Source: an uncultured archaeon | Lineage (GTDB): Archaea; Aenigmatarchaeota; Aenigmatarchaeia; Aenigmatarchaeales; JAHLMS01 | Length of the DNA stretch: 64,000 nucleotides | NCBI GenBank assembly: GCA_964353775.1 | Contig: CAYGWB010000002.1 | Coordinates: forward strand, 5,185 to 69,184 | Direction: 5' to 3' | Position numbers and translations under genes: made by a program | In this document: piece by piece, positions 44,998 through 55,264 of the stretch | Layout: every line of letters begins with the position of its first letter | How positions within the stretch are numbered: the first letter of the stretch is position 1 | Notes under the pieces: model-generated | Databases searched by the model: none | The model's input: only the letters and a program-made list of their open reading frames with translations | Told to the model about the DNA's origin: nothing

Positions 44998-47461
44998 AAA
45001 GACCTACGAAGTTCTGGACAACTTCCTGGACATGACTCCGAAGGAGCTCATGCAATTCAAGGACGAGATGAACACGGCGTTCCTAAATGAGAACGAGGTC
45101 GTGACTGTCCAGAATTATTTCAAGGGGCTGGGCCGGCCGCCGACCGACGTCGAGCTGTACATGATAGATCAGAACTGGTGCGAACACTCGGCACACGGGA
45201 CTGCCAGAGGAGAGATCACGCTCATTGATTATTCGAAAGGCGAACCGAAAACGAAGACGTTCGACAACCTGCTTGGCGAGACGATACTGGGCGCGATAGA
45301 GAAGGTCAGAAAGCCTTATCTAGTCGCAGCCTGCTCGGACGATGCGGGAATCATCTATGCGTGCAAACACAAAGGAAAAAGAATCGGCACGGCCGGGAAG
45401 ATAGAGACCCACAACTTCCCGTCGAAGGTATCGCCTTTCGGCGGCGCACACACAGGTACGGGCGGCGTCATCCGTGATATTTATTCGGTATTCGGTTCTC
45501 CGAAAGCAGCGGCATTCGTGATTTGCCTGCCTGAACCGAACACGCCGAAAGCAGACATACCAGAAGGTGTCAAGGACCCGAAGGTCTACATAGAAGAAAT
45601 AGTCGCGGGCAACCAAGACTACGGAAACGACATGGGCATACCGACAACGATCACCGGCCTTCACTTCAACAAAGGTTACACAACAAATCCGCTGGTGTTC
45701 GTCGGCTCTTTCGGTACGGTGGATCTTTCTAATTACAAATACGACCCGAAGGCGGGCGACATAATAATATCAGTCGGTGGAAAGACCGGACGGGACGGCC
45801 TCGGAGGCGCGTCCGGCTCTTCGAAGTCACATACTACGCAGACCATGAAAAAAGAAGGCACGGCCGTGCAGATAGGCAATCCGATAGAGGAGCAACACTG
45901 GGGAGCCGTGCTGGAGGAGCAGCTGTTCGACAGCGACCTGATAAGCTACATACAGGACTGCGGCGGCGGTGGCTACTCATCGGCGATATGGGAAAGCGCG
46001 ACGCGCGTAAAGAACGGCGGGGCGACAGTTTACGCGGACAAAATAACGGTCAAGGAAGACGGGCTGACGCTCTATGAAAAAATACTTTCCGAGTCGCAGG
46101 AGCGGCAGATACTGACCGTGAGACCGAAGAACCTGGACAAGGTCATGAAATTATTGGATCGGTACGGCGTCGAGGCGACCGCGATAGGACACCTCACCGG
46201 AGACGGCAAGGCCCGCGTGTACGAGCATGAGGACGACGAGAAGCCCGTTGTTGACCTGGACATGAACTTCCTGCAGAAAGGAAAGCCCAAGGTCAGACGG
46301 ACTGGCGTCTACAAGGTTCCGGAGCTCCCCGAACCTGATGTTAAAATGGTCGATTGCGAATCCGCGTTGCTCGGCGTGTTGTCCAATTACAACGTCGCCA
46401 GCAAGGAGGAAGTGATACGCAGGTTCGACCATCAGGTCCAGGGCCGAACAGTTATTCAGCCGCTGATGGGCAGGGACCTCAGACATCTCTGTCCGAACAA
46501 CGCGGCCGTTCAGAGGTTCTTCTACGATGATGATTACAGCGGTGACGTCATCTCCTACGGCCTGAATCCGCGCTGGGGACAGAAGGACATGGAGAAGATG
46601 GTGCGCGGGGTGTTCGACCAGGCGATACGCAACAACGTCGCGCACGGCGGAAACATGGACCGTATGGCGGTTCACGGCAACTGGTGCATGGCGAACATGA
46701 AAGAGGACGATGAGGAGGTCGGGCGCTTCGCGAAAGGAGCGGAGACGTTCGGCAACTGCGAGATCGAGACCGACATAAGCATATTCGCCGGCAAGGACAG
46801 CATGAACAATTCGCACAAGGACAGCAAGACCGGGAGGAAGCACTACATACCGCCGACGCTGCTCGTCGCTGCACAGAGCGCAACGCCCGATGTGCGCACA
46901 TGCGTCTCGAGTTATGCGAAAAATGAAGGAGACTTCATTTACATAGTCGGTGTGACTAAGCCTGAGCTGGGCGGTTCGATATTCTACGAGAACCTGGGCT
47001 TCGTAGGCAACGCCGTTCCCTCGATAAACTTTTTAGATGCGAAGGCAACATACGCAAAGCTGAGCAAGCTCATTAGGAAAGGCATAAAGCCGGGTGAAAA
47101 GATCGTACGCGCATGCCATAGCGTGACCGAGGGCGGCATCGCTGCGGCTGCAGCCCAGATGGCCATCGGCGGCAACCTAGGCATGTACATCGGTCTCAAT
47201 CATCTGCCAACGTACGGAGTATATCGTGAATACGAGGCGCTTTTCTCGGAATCTCTGGGGCGACTGCTGGTCGAAGTGCCCAAGGACAAGGCGAAGCAGT
47301 TCGAACGCGGCATGGTAGACTGCACTTTCGCAAGAGTCGGCTGCGTGACCAGCGAAAAAATACTTGACGTGCATGACATTGCCGGCAGAGAGGAAATCGT
47401 TAGACTGGACATCGGAAACATGAACGATGCGTGGAAGAAACCGTTGAGGGGTTATGTATGA
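44990..47461 (+). CDS. purL: FGAM synthase subunit PurL
   Basis: 'NWCEHSAH', 'KIETHNFPS', 'TGRDGLGGA', 'DCGGGG', 'SESQER', 'GKDSM', 'LFSES'. Confidence 0.93.
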   Translation: MSEKTYEVLDNFLDMTPKELMQFKDEMNTAFLNENEVVTVQNYFKGLGRPPTDVELYMIDQNWCEHSAHGTARGEITLIDYSKGEPKTKTFDNLLGETILGAIEKVRKPYLVAACSDDAGIIYACKHKGKRIGTAGKIETHNFPSKVSPFGGAHTGTGGVIRDIYSVFGSPKAAAFVICLPEPNTPKADIPEGVKDPKVYIEEIVAGNQDYGNDMGIPTTITGLHFNKGYTTNPLVFVGSFGTVDLSNYKYDPKAGDIIISVGGKTGRDGLGGASGSSKSHTTQTMKKEGTAVQIGNPIEEQHWGAVLEEQLFDSDLISYIQDCGGGGYSSAIWESATRVKNGGATVYADKITVKEDGLTLYEKILSESQERQILTVRPKNLDKVMKLLDRYGVEATAIGHLTGDGKARVYEHEDDEKPVVDLDMNFLQKGKPKVRRTGVYKVPELPEPDVKMVDCESALLGVLSNYNVASKEEVIRRFDHQVQGRTVIQPLMGRDLRHLCPNNAAVQRFFYDDDYSGDVISYGLNPRWGQKDMEKMVRGVFDQAIRNNVAHGGNMDRMAVHGNWCMANMKEDDEEVGRFAKGAETFGNCEIETDISIFAGKDSMNNSHKDSKTGRKHYIPPTLLVAAQSATPDVRTCVSSYAKNEGDFIYIVGVTKPELGGSIFYENLGFVGNAVPSINFLDAKATYAKLSKLIRKGIKPGEKIVRACHSVTEGGIAAAAAQMAIGGNLGMYIGLNHLPTYGVYREYEALFSESLGRLLVEVPKDKAKQFERGMVDCTFARVGCVTSEKILDVHDIAGREEIVRLDIGNMNDAWKKPLRGYV

Positions 47462-48261
47462 ATCCGAAGTGCGCGATACTGCGTGACCCGGGAACGAACT
47501 GCCACCGCGAGAGCAGGGCGGCTGCCGAGAAGGTGGGGTTCGAGGTCTATGATGTTTTCATCAAGGAGCTGATTGAGAAGAGGAAGAAACTGAACGATTA
47601 TCATTTTTTGATAGACGCCGGCGGATTCGGACACGGCGACTACATACGATCAGGGGCGATAAAGGCAGTTCGCATGCGGCTCGTTGCCGACCAGTTCGAG
47701 GAGTTCTATGCCAAGAACGGGCTGATGCTCATGATATGCAACGGCGCGCAGGACGGAGTGCAGGGCGGGTTCATCAGCAGCTCGGACTCCGCGATTGCCG
47801 AGCAGGACGTAACGCTGTACAAGAACAAATGCGGCAACTTCAGGAACCAGCCCGTGTACCTGGAGAACGTGAACAAGGGCAAGTGCGTCTTCACGCAAGG
47901 CATCAAGCGTATACTTTGTTTTCCCATGCGCAATGGCGAGGGCAGGTTCATCCCGAAGAGCGACGAGGTGCTGAAGAGACTCTATGACGACGACCAGGTC
48001 GTTTTCAAATACGTCGCGCCCGACCGTTTCCCGATGTCAGAGGACGATGAAAAATTGTACAATCCGACCGGTTCTGTTGATCGCATAGCAGGCGTATGCA
48101 ACAAGAAGGGCACATGGCTCGCTCTGATGCCCCATCCAGAATGCGCGATCGACCCGTTCACGGACGGACAATGGACCGGCGAGTTCGGACCGATGATAGA
48201 GGGCGATGGCGAAATCATATTCAAGAACGCGCACAAGTACGCGGTCGAGAGGTTGGTGTAA
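47458..48261 (+). CDS. purQ: FGAM synthase glutaminase subunit PurQ
   Basis: 'PGTNC', 'GGFGHGDY', 'ICNG', 'NPTGS', 'MPHPE'. Confidence 0.93.
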   Translation: MNPKCAILRDPGTNCHRESRAAAEKVGFEVYDVFIKELIEKRKKLNDYHFLIDAGGFGHGDYIRSGAIKAVRMRLVADQFEEFYAKNGLMLMICNGAQDGVQGGFISSSDSAIAEQDVTLYKNKCGNFRNQPVYLENVNKGKCVFTQGIKRILCFPMRNGEGRFIPKSDEVLKRLYDDDQVVFKYVAPDRFPMSEDDEKLYNPTGSVDRIAGVCNKKGTWLALMPHPECAIDPFTDGQWTGEFGPMIEGDGEIIFKNAHKYAVERLV

Positions 48262-48264
48262 TTC

Positions 48265-49041
48265 ATGACTTTCAAACCGGTTTACGAACCGAAGAACAGT
48301 AAGATGGGCATAGTCGCGTTCTTTTCTGGTGGCGGCTCGTCTTTCCGAGCAATCAACGAGAGCCCGGAAGCTGGAAAAGACTACGAGGTAGTCGCAGCTT
48401 TCACGGACACGCCGAACTGCAAGGCGGCTCATTACGCGCTCGACAACGGCATCCCGCTAGTTGCGCATGACATCAAGAGGTTCTACAAGGCCAGAGGCAA
48501 GCCGCTCAAGGACATGGGGGTACGTGCCGAGTTCGACGAATGGACGGTCGACAGCATCAATGATTTGACCGGAAGATACGGAGTCGAAGCGGACGTTGTG
48601 ATGCTGTCCGGTTACATGCGGCTCTTAACAAAACCCGTACTCAATCGCTGGTCCAACCGCATATTCAACGTGCATCCTGCTGACCTGTCCATCCTGGACG
48701 AAAATGGAAAGAGAAAGTATAGGGGCGATAACGCCGTCTATGACGCAATCAAGGCGGGCGAGAAAGAAACCTGCTCGACCATTCACATAGTCAACGAGCG
48801 TGCGGACGAGGGACCGATCGTTGTTTATTCGAAACGTCTGCCAGTTCCGGCTCTGAAGTATGAGGAACGGATGGATGATGTGACCCTCAGAAACTTTGCG
48901 AGCCAACACCAGGACAGGATGAAAAACGAATGCGACATCCCGGCTTTCAGGCAGGCGATGCTGCTCGTCTCAAATGGCGTGGTCGAACTGAACGAGAAGA
49001 ATGAAGTGTCCATCCATATGGGGCAGCTCTTGAAAAGATGA
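48265..49041 (+). CDS. purN: Folate-dependent GAR formyltransferase
   Basis: 'SGGGS', 'LSGYMRLL', 'NVHP', 'STIHIV...DEGP'. Confidence 0.88.
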   Translation: MTFKPVYEPKNSKMGIVAFFSGGGSSFRAINESPEAGKDYEVVAAFTDTPNCKAAHYALDNGIPLVAHDIKRFYKARGKPLKDMGVRAEFDEWTVDSINDLTGRYGVEADVVMLSGYMRLLTKPVLNRWSNRIFNVHPADLSILDENGKRKYRGDNAVYDAIKAGEKETCSTIHIVNERADEGPIVVYSKRLPVPALKYEERMDDVTLRNFASQHQDRMKNECDIPAFRQAMLLVSNGVVELNEKNEVSIHMGQLLKR

Positions 49042-49050
49042 GGTGATTTG

Positions 49051-50124
49051 ATGAAAGAATACGACCCGACGAAACCGTTCAACAAGCAGACCATCGAGTT
49101 GGTCGAGGGGACGTGGGGAAACGCCAAGAATTACATCGTTGATATTTTCCGGGAAGGCAAGCGTTCTGTTTACAACGAGCGCCAATGGGGATATCGAGCG
49201 AACGCCACTGACGGCATAGGCACGAAGGCGTTCCTGCACTGGCAGATGTACAAGGGCTTCAGGAAGAGCCTGAAGCCGGCTGCGCAGGACGCGGCAGCTA
49301 TGGTGCTGGACGACCTGGCCGAACTTGGAGCGGTACCGTACAGGCTCGAGGACCACATCGTCATCCAGGAGGAGGACGAGAAGGCAATATACGAACTGAT
49401 GGCCGGCCTGGTCGACGTGTGCAACGAGCATGACGTAGTGATCACTGGCGGAGAGACCGCCATCTGCGACAACATCCGGGGCTTCGAGATGGGCGTAACC
49501 GCGACCGGCGGGCTCGAGGACGCCTCGAAAAGGACGAAGCTGAAGAGCGGGGACGTGCTGATCGGGCTGCGTAGCAGCGGCATTCACAGCAACGGACTGA
49601 CGTTCGCAAGGCATGTGTTCGGTCTCGGAACGGAGAGGCAGGATAAGGAACTGCAGTACACGCTCCACCACAGGCTGCCCTGGGGCAGGATGGTCGGAGA
49701 AGAGCTGACCGTTCCGACCACTATTTACTGCGACGACCTGCTGCGGCTGAAGGAGGACGCGGAGGGACAAGTGCACGGCATGGTGCACATAACAGGCGGC
49801 GGCTGGACGAAGCTGAAAGAACTGGACGAAACGAAACGCCTGGACTTCCACATGGACGGCCGTAACCAGGAACCGCATCTGATATTTTCATACCTGAAGC
49901 ACCTCAGCAAAAGTCTGGGAAACGTCAAGCCGCTGACGGACAGTGAGATGTACAAGAAGTTCAACTGCGGCACGGGCTTCGTGGTCGCGGTGGACCAGAG
50001 GTATGTCGAAGGGGCGCTGGACGTGCTTGAGCACCACGATCCTCGGGTCATCGGCGAGGTGAAGAAAGGGGCGGGCCGCATCAAGATAAAATCCGCGTTC
50101 AGCAAACGAGAGGTCGTCTTCTGA
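49051..50124 (+). CDS. purM: AIR synthase
   Basis: 'TDGIGTK', 'GGETA', 'SSGIHSNG', 'HITGGG', 'FNCG.GF'. Confidence 0.92.
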   Translation: MKEYDPTKPFNKQTIELVEGTWGNAKNYIVDIFREGKRSVYNERQWGYRANATDGIGTKAFLHWQMYKGFRKSLKPAAQDAAAMVLDDLAELGAVPYRLEDHIVIQEEDEKAIYELMAGLVDVCNEHDVVITGGETAICDNIRGFEMGVTATGGLEDASKRTKLKSGDVLIGLRSSGIHSNGLTFARHVFGLGTERQDKELQYTLHHRLPWGRMVGEELTVPTTIYCDDLLRLKEDAEGQVHGMVHITGGGWTKLKELDETKRLDFHMDGRNQEPHLIFSYLKHLSKSLGNVKPLTDSEMYKKFNCGTGFVVAVDQRYVEGALDVLEHHDPRVIGEVKKGAGRIKIKSAFSKREVVF

Positions 50125-51956
50125 TGCAGAAACCGGGCATCGCTGTGCTGGACTTCGGCAGCCAGTACACGCAGACGATTGCCCGTCGGTTCAGGCAGCT
50201 CAATACGTTCTCTGAGATATTCGAGCCGGACACGTGGCCGGCCGAATTTGTCAACGCACGCGGGATAGTACTCTCGGGCGGGCCGAACAGTGTCTATCAG
50301 GCCAATGCGCCGCGATGCAACCATGAGCTGTTCGAGATTGAGAAACCGATATGGGGCATCTGCTACGGCTTCCAATACATCGCGCACAACTTCGGTGGCA
50401 ATGTGGAACGCAAGGAACGCGGAGAGTACGGCAAGGCTCAGCTGAATATTCATAAGAACGTGGGAGTGCTGGAAAATTTAGGGCCGAGCGAGCAGGCATG
50501 GATGTCCCACGGCGACACTGTCACGAAACTGCCGGACGGCTACGAAGCCATCGCCTCGACGGACGATTGTGAGTATGCCGTCGCGTGGAACCCTGAAAAG
50601 AAGATAATCGGGACACAGTTCCATCCGGAGGTAGACGACACGCCGAACGGCATGGTGATGCTGGAAAACTTCCTGCGGTTGTGCGGTGCGACCGAGCATG
50701 ACTGGACCATGGAAAAATATATTAACGAATCCCGTGACATCATCCGAGAACAGGTGCACGGTCGTAAGGTTTGTCATTTAACGAGCGGCGGTGGGGACTC
50801 GACCGTCGCTGCCGTCATGCTTAAGCAGGCGCTTGAACCGGGACAGACCGAGTTCGTGTACATGGACCCGGGCATCATGCGTAAGGGCGAGACGAGATAT
50901 GTGAAGAAAATAGTAGGCGACATCGGTCTTGACCTGACTGTGCTGGACACGTCCGAAGTGCTCGAGAAGCAGCTGGCCGGTGTCACGGACCCGGAAAAGA
51001 AGAGATGGATAATAGGTTCGCACTTTGCAAATGCCGCGGAGGACTACTGGAAGAGCAAGGCGGATGGTTGCGAGTGGATGCTCGGACAGGGCACAATCTA
51101 TCCTGATCACATCGAAAGCAAGGGTACGAAGCACGCGGCAAAGATCAAAACGCACCATAACAGGGTGGAAGAGATACAACGACTGATAAGCATGGGTCGC
51201 GTCATCGAGCCGAACCTCTATCTCTTCAAGGACGAGCTGCGCGAGCTGGCGCGTACGCTAGCGGACAAATATCCCGAATATAAAAATCTGGGCGAGGTCT
51301 TTGCAAAACGGCATCCGTTCCCAGGACCGGGGCTCGCGATACGGATGTTGTGCTCGGACGGGAAGGCTGAAGATACGAACGTGTTGAGCGAGAAGGCCGA
51401 CGCGATAGCAAAAAAATATAATCTGAAGGCAAGCGTACTTCCGATAAAATCCGTGGGCGTCCAGGGTGATGAGCGTTCATTCGCGCATCCTGCGCTGCTG
51501 CAGGGCGATGAGGACTCATGGGACACGCTGGATGCCGCCGCGACAAATATAACCAACGAGCTCCGCGGCCATGTCAACCGTGTCGTCTATGCTTGGGATC
51601 CGCATAAGGTCCGCAAGGCATCACTTCATGCCGCGTATGTCACCCGCACGAGGCTCGCCAAACTCAGGAAAGCTGATGCAATAGTAATGGGCGAGCTTGA
51701 GAGAAACGGTTGGATGGACAAGGTGGGCCAGTGCCCGACGATATCGATACCGATCGGACTGAACGACAAAAAAACCGATTCGCTGGTTATCAGGCCTGTG
51801 AACACGAAGGACTACATGACCGCCAGTTTCTCAAGGCTGCCTGCGGCGCTTGTCAACCGCATATCAGAAGGGGTGGTGGGAACGCTTGGATTGGGCTACT
51901 CCGGCCTACTGTATGACATCACTAACAAGCCGCCCGGCACGATCGAGTGGGAATAG
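50124..51956 (+). CDS. guaA: GMP synthase (fused glutaminase + synthetase)
   Basis: 'LDFGSQY', 'GICYG', 'QFHPEV', 'QGTIYPD', 'KTHHN', 'PFPGPGL', 'KPPGTIEWE'. Confidence 0.96.
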   Translation: MQKPGIAVLDFGSQYTQTIARRFRQLNTFSEIFEPDTWPAEFVNARGIVLSGGPNSVYQANAPRCNHELFEIEKPIWGICYGFQYIAHNFGGNVERKERGEYGKAQLNIHKNVGVLENLGPSEQAWMSHGDTVTKLPDGYEAIASTDDCEYAVAWNPEKKIIGTQFHPEVDDTPNGMVMLENFLRLCGATEHDWTMEKYINESRDIIREQVHGRKVCHLTSGGGDSTVAAVMLKQALEPGQTEFVYMDPGIMRKGETRYVKKIVGDIGLDLTVLDTSEVLEKQLAGVTDPEKKRWIIGSHFANAAEDYWKSKADGCEWMLGQGTIYPDHIESKGTKHAAKIKTHHNRVEEIQRLISMGRVIEPNLYLFKDELRELARTLADKYPEYKNLGEVFAKRHPFPGPGLAIRMLCSDGKAEDTNVLSEKADAIAKKYNLKASVLPIKSVGVQGDERSFAHPALLQGDEDSWDTLDAAATNITNELRGHVNRVVYAWDPHKVRKASLHAAYVTRTRLAKLRKADAIVMGELERNGWMDKVGQCPTISIPIGLNDKKTDSLVIRPVNTKDYMTASFSRLPAALVNRISEGVVGTLGLGYSGLLYDITNKPPGTIEWE

Positions 51957-52004
51957 AATCCGCGCTGAGGTTTTCTTCTCGTATTCATCGAGCGTTGTTT
52001 AGAA

Positions 52005-52715
52005 TCATCTCTCGACAACGACGATATCTCCGGTAAATAGGAGAATAGAATTTATGAGCATGTCCTGATCAACTTCGATTATGCCCTTTGTTTTATTGCT
52101 CATCCTTTCATTGTCCATAACAATAAATCTGTCTTTTTTATGGCCTATCACTGTTACGAAATGGCCAAAGGCCACTCCCCGTATGTCATCATATTTTTTC
52201 CTATACACCCTTCTTTTACCATAAAAAATGCTTCCATTTACAGGACATATGACCGGTATTCCTCTGGAAATATAACTGCTGATGAGCTCTTTGGTGATCG
52301 GTTTGAAAACTATGTTTCCGCCTTTGGTCAGAAAATCTATTATTGCCTTGGTTGATTGCTTATAACACCAGAAAATATATCCGTCGCGGACATCACGGGC
52401 GTTGTATCTTGTTACGAACGCGAGCCTCTTCTTGAGTCTTCTAATGAGCGCTGGTTTTGAAAGTTTATACCATGCCGGGTCAAAAAAATGGGTTGAAAGG
52501 GTGAAAATGGTGGCATTGAACCCCCTCGCAACCGCTGCTGTTCCTAGCTTGAATTCCCAATCCACGTATTTTTGTTCGGATCTGGTATCATTGATTATCT
52601 TGCGTAGGTTGTAATTATCTCTGCCCAAATAATCCATCACTATCTTGAGGGCGGCCGGGCCGCATTCCATATGGGGCTGAACTATTCTTTTCAATTTGAT
52701 TTTCGTTGGCATCAT
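52005..52715 (-). CDS. Peptidase C39-like (papain-fold) protein
   Basis: 'Q...ECGPAAL', 'GHFVTVIG', 'VMD' give a Q/C/H/D catalytic layout. Confidence 0.8.
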   Translation of the reverse strand: MMPTKIKLKRIVQPHMECGPAALKIVMDYLGRDNYNLRKIINDTRSEQKYVDWEFKLGTAAVARGFNATIFTLSTHFFDPAWYKLSKPALIRRLKKRLAFVTRYNARDVRDGYIFWCYKQSTKAIIDFLTKGGNIVFKPITKELISSYISRGIPVICPVNGSIFYGKRRVYRKKYDDIRGVAFGHFVTVIGHKKDRFIVMDNERMSNKTKGIIEVDQDMLINSILLFTGDIVVVER

Positions 52716-52744
52716 AAATAAATAGAACTCTCTTTATTTATACT

Positions 52745-54049
52745 TTGAGCGTGTTTGCAATTCGTCTGAGCGATATTTTTGACGGCAATGAGTGCGGGAA
52801 GGAAGAGCTAGAAAGAAAGCTGTCCGTCATAACCGATAAAAAATTCGGCCTGGTAAAATCATTAGAAAAGACGCTGAAATTCAACGACGAACCGAAGCTG
52901 CATCATTACGTCATCGCATTGGCAGGCAGGCAATTTTCCAGCGGGACTGCGCTCAGTGACGAAAGGGCCAGATTGAAAGCCGTCTGTGAAGCGATCGAGA
53001 GGTTCTGCCTTTCAAAATATGACGGAAAGACTTCGATAATTTCATCGTATTCTAAACTCGAACAGGCGCTTGATCCGACCTCTCTGGCCGGAGTTGCGCC
53101 GCAGGATAAGAAGAAGTTCGGCAATTATGACGGAAATACAAAATTCGCATGGGTAAGCGGCCTCTCTATGACAAGAAATGATAAAATCTGGATACCGGCG
53201 CAGCTCGTATATGTTCCGTATCAAAGCAACGAGCCTGTAATAAGAAATACAATATCCACCGGCGCCGCATCGGGAACGTCCTACTCGGCGGCGATTTATC
53301 GCGGCCTCTGCGAGGTCATAGAAAGGGACGCATTCATGATAACATATCTTAACAAGTTGCCGAGGTCCGTGATAGACATAGCCTCTGCAAAAAGCGAGGA
53401 CGTCCGAAGGCTGGACTACATCTTCAGAAGGTACGACCTGGAGAGATACTCCTTTGACATAACCACCGATGTGGGCGTTCCTGTGATATTGACCATTCTT
53501 GTGGACAGGAGCGGCGTCGGACCGTCCGTCAGCCTGGGCATGAAATGCAGCTTCAACGTAGAAGAGGCGCTGCTCGGGTCCATGGAAGAAGCGCAGCAAA
53601 CAAGGCCATGGATACGGGGGGAAATGCACAAGTTTTTGCAAACGGGAAAAATGCCGCCGGAACAACGGCACTTTTTAGAGAGGGCATTTTTCTGGTACGA
53701 TGTCGGCATGATCAAAAAACTGGATTTCCTGCTCAAAACAAAAAATAAAATAAAAATTAGCAGAATAAAGAGCCGTAACTTCAAGGACAGCAACGAACGG
53801 CTAAGAGCGGTCCTGCGCGCCCTGAGGGGCTACGAGACGGACGTAGTTGACCTGACTGATAAAAAAATAGGAAGGGCCGGCTTCAGGGTTATCAAGGCGA
53901 TAGTGCCTGAGATGCAACCGCTGCACCTTGTAGAAGGGCGGCGGTACCTGGGCGGCCGACGATTATATGCCGTACCTAGGATATTGGGTTACAGGAAGAG
54001 GGACAGCAAATACGACGACCTGAACAAAACGCCTCATCCGTTTTTGTGA
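52745..54049 (+). CDS. YcaO-family cyclodehydratase
   Basis: 'KAVCEAIER', 'STGAASG', 'EVIERDA', 'EAQQ', C-terminal 'PHPFL'. Confidence 0.95.
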   Translation: MSVFAIRLSDIFDGNECGKEELERKLSVITDKKFGLVKSLEKTLKFNDEPKLHHYVIALAGRQFSSGTALSDERARLKAVCEAIERFCLSKYDGKTSIISSYSKLEQALDPTSLAGVAPQDKKKFGNYDGNTKFAWVSGLSMTRNDKIWIPAQLVYVPYQSNEPVIRNTISTGAASGTSYSAAIYRGLCEVIERDAFMITYLNKLPRSVIDIASAKSEDVRRLDYIFRRYDLERYSFDITTDVGVPVILTILVDRSGVGPSVSLGMKCSFNVEEALLGSMEEAQQTRPWIRGEMHKFLQTGKMPPEQRHFLERAFFWYDVGMIKKLDFLLKTKNKIKISRIKSRNFKDSNERLRAVLRALRGYETDVVDLTDKKIGRAGFRVIKAIVPEMQPLHLVEGRRYLGGRRLYAVPRILGYRKRDSKYDDLNKTPHPFL

Positions 54050-54777
54050 TAGTCATGGCAGACGATTTCGTTCAGAAGACCAAAATCAAGTCCTTTTCTG
54101 GAAAGAGGAGTTCTTCCACGATGCCATATGTCTACGATAAGATCCATTTCAAGAGCTATCCGCGCTTCAAAAGCACGTGCTTCAAAAAAATAATACCTTC
54201 CAATGAAATTGAAAAGCTGCTCCTGAAAAGGAGCTCGGAAAGGGCCTTCAGTGGAAGGCCGCTCTCATTGGATGAGCTCGGAAAGCTGCTGTATTTCAGC
54301 GGAGGAGTAAGCTGCGTCCGCAAGAAGGACTTTGACCACAGCCGCAGAACGTATCCTTCAGCCGGGGCGAGATACCCGCTCGAGATATATCCGATCGTGT
54401 TCAATGTACGCGGACTGAAACCGGGCGTCTATCATTACAACGTCAAGAGCAACTCTCTGGAGACGATACTGGAAGGCAATGCCAGGAACGTCTTTCCCTG
54501 CCTCGACCAGAGCTGGACAAAGAAGGCTTCGGTGATAATATTGGTTTCTGCCGTGTTTGCCAGGACCACGATAAAATATCATGAACGCGGGTACAGGTAC
54601 GTCTTTCTGGACGCCGGGCACCTTGTGCAGAACATGTATCTGGCTTCGGCTTCCATGGGCCTGAACTGCTGCAGCATAGGCGGCTTCGTGGACGACGGGC
54701 TTAACGAACTGCTGGATATAGACGGCGAAAAAGAATCCGTAATATATGTGGTCGGCATCGGCAAAAGGCGTGTTTAA
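54046..54777 (+). CDS. SagB/ThcOx-type FMN azoline dehydrogenase
   Basis: 'KRSSER', 'RTYPSAGARYPLEIY', 'KYHERGYRY..LDAGHL.QN', 'GGF.D'. Confidence 0.93.
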   Translation: MIVMADDFVQKTKIKSFSGKRSSSTMPYVYDKIHFKSYPRFKSTCFKKIIPSNEIEKLLLKRSSERAFSGRPLSLDELGKLLYFSGGVSCVRKKDFDHSRRTYPSAGARYPLEIYPIVFNVRGLKPGVYHYNVKSNSLETILEGNARNVFPCLDQSWTKKASVIILVSAVFARTTIKYHERGYRYVFLDAGHLVQNMYLASASMGLNCCSIGGFVDDGLNELLDIDGEKESVIYVVGIGKRRV

Positions 54778-54801
54778 ATAACTTTCTTACCAGTTATTGC
54801 C

Positions 54802-54975
54802 ATGTCAAAAGAATATCAGAACAGGGCACTTGCAGATGCGACAGAATTCCCTTCACCAAAAATGAAGGAATATAATACTGCCAGCAACTGCAATGGTGGC
54901 AACTGCACAGGACCGCCGTCGAACTGCTATGGCGGAGTCCCTGTAAAGCGCGCCAGAACCTCTAGAAAAAAGTAA
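54802..54975 (+). CDS. Putative RiPP precursor peptide, 57 aa, absent from the ORF track
   Basis: MSKEYQNRALADATEFPSPKMKEYNTASNCNGGNCTGPPSNCYGGVPVKRARTSRKK*; own TTTAAATA box at 54773-54780. Confidence 0.75.
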   Translation: MSKEYQNRALADATEFPSPKMKEYNTASNCNGGNCTGPPSNCYGGVPVKRARTSRKK

Positions 54976-55033
54976 GGCCGTCGTTGCTAAACGATGACTT
55001 AGCTTGGCTATGTTTTTTTATATAATTCTCTCT

Positions 55034-55201
55034 TCAGAGCATCCTTTTCAGTTCTTCGATCTCTTTGTCAAGGTAAAGGGCCTCGCGATTGTATCGAAAC
55101 AATGGCGGAAAAAGAAACGAGAAAGGCTTGCTATATACTGCCATTTCTTCACGCCTTTTTTCTAAAGTTTCGACCCTCTTCCGAATATCGTCATTGCTCA
55201 T
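55034..55201 (-). CDS. 55-aa hypothetical protein, absent from the ORF track
   Basis: MSNDDIRKRVETLEKRREEMAVYSKPFSFLFPPLFRYNREALYLDKEIEELKRML*; TATA-like CTTAAAG about 25 nt upstream. Confidence 0.5.
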   Translation of the reverse strand: MSNDDIRKRVETLEKRREEMAVYSKPFSFLFPPLFRYNREALYLDKEIEELKRML

Positions 55202-55264
55202 ATTGAAATATTAGAACTGAAGCTTTAAGTGTCTTTTGGTTGAATCGTCCGGGAATCGAGGAAC

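Noticed and set aside
52745..54049. YcaO as a thioamide-forming (TfuA/McrA-type) enzyme
   Set aside because: No tfuA nearby; the PxP C-terminus and adjacent azoline oxidase favour heterocyclisation
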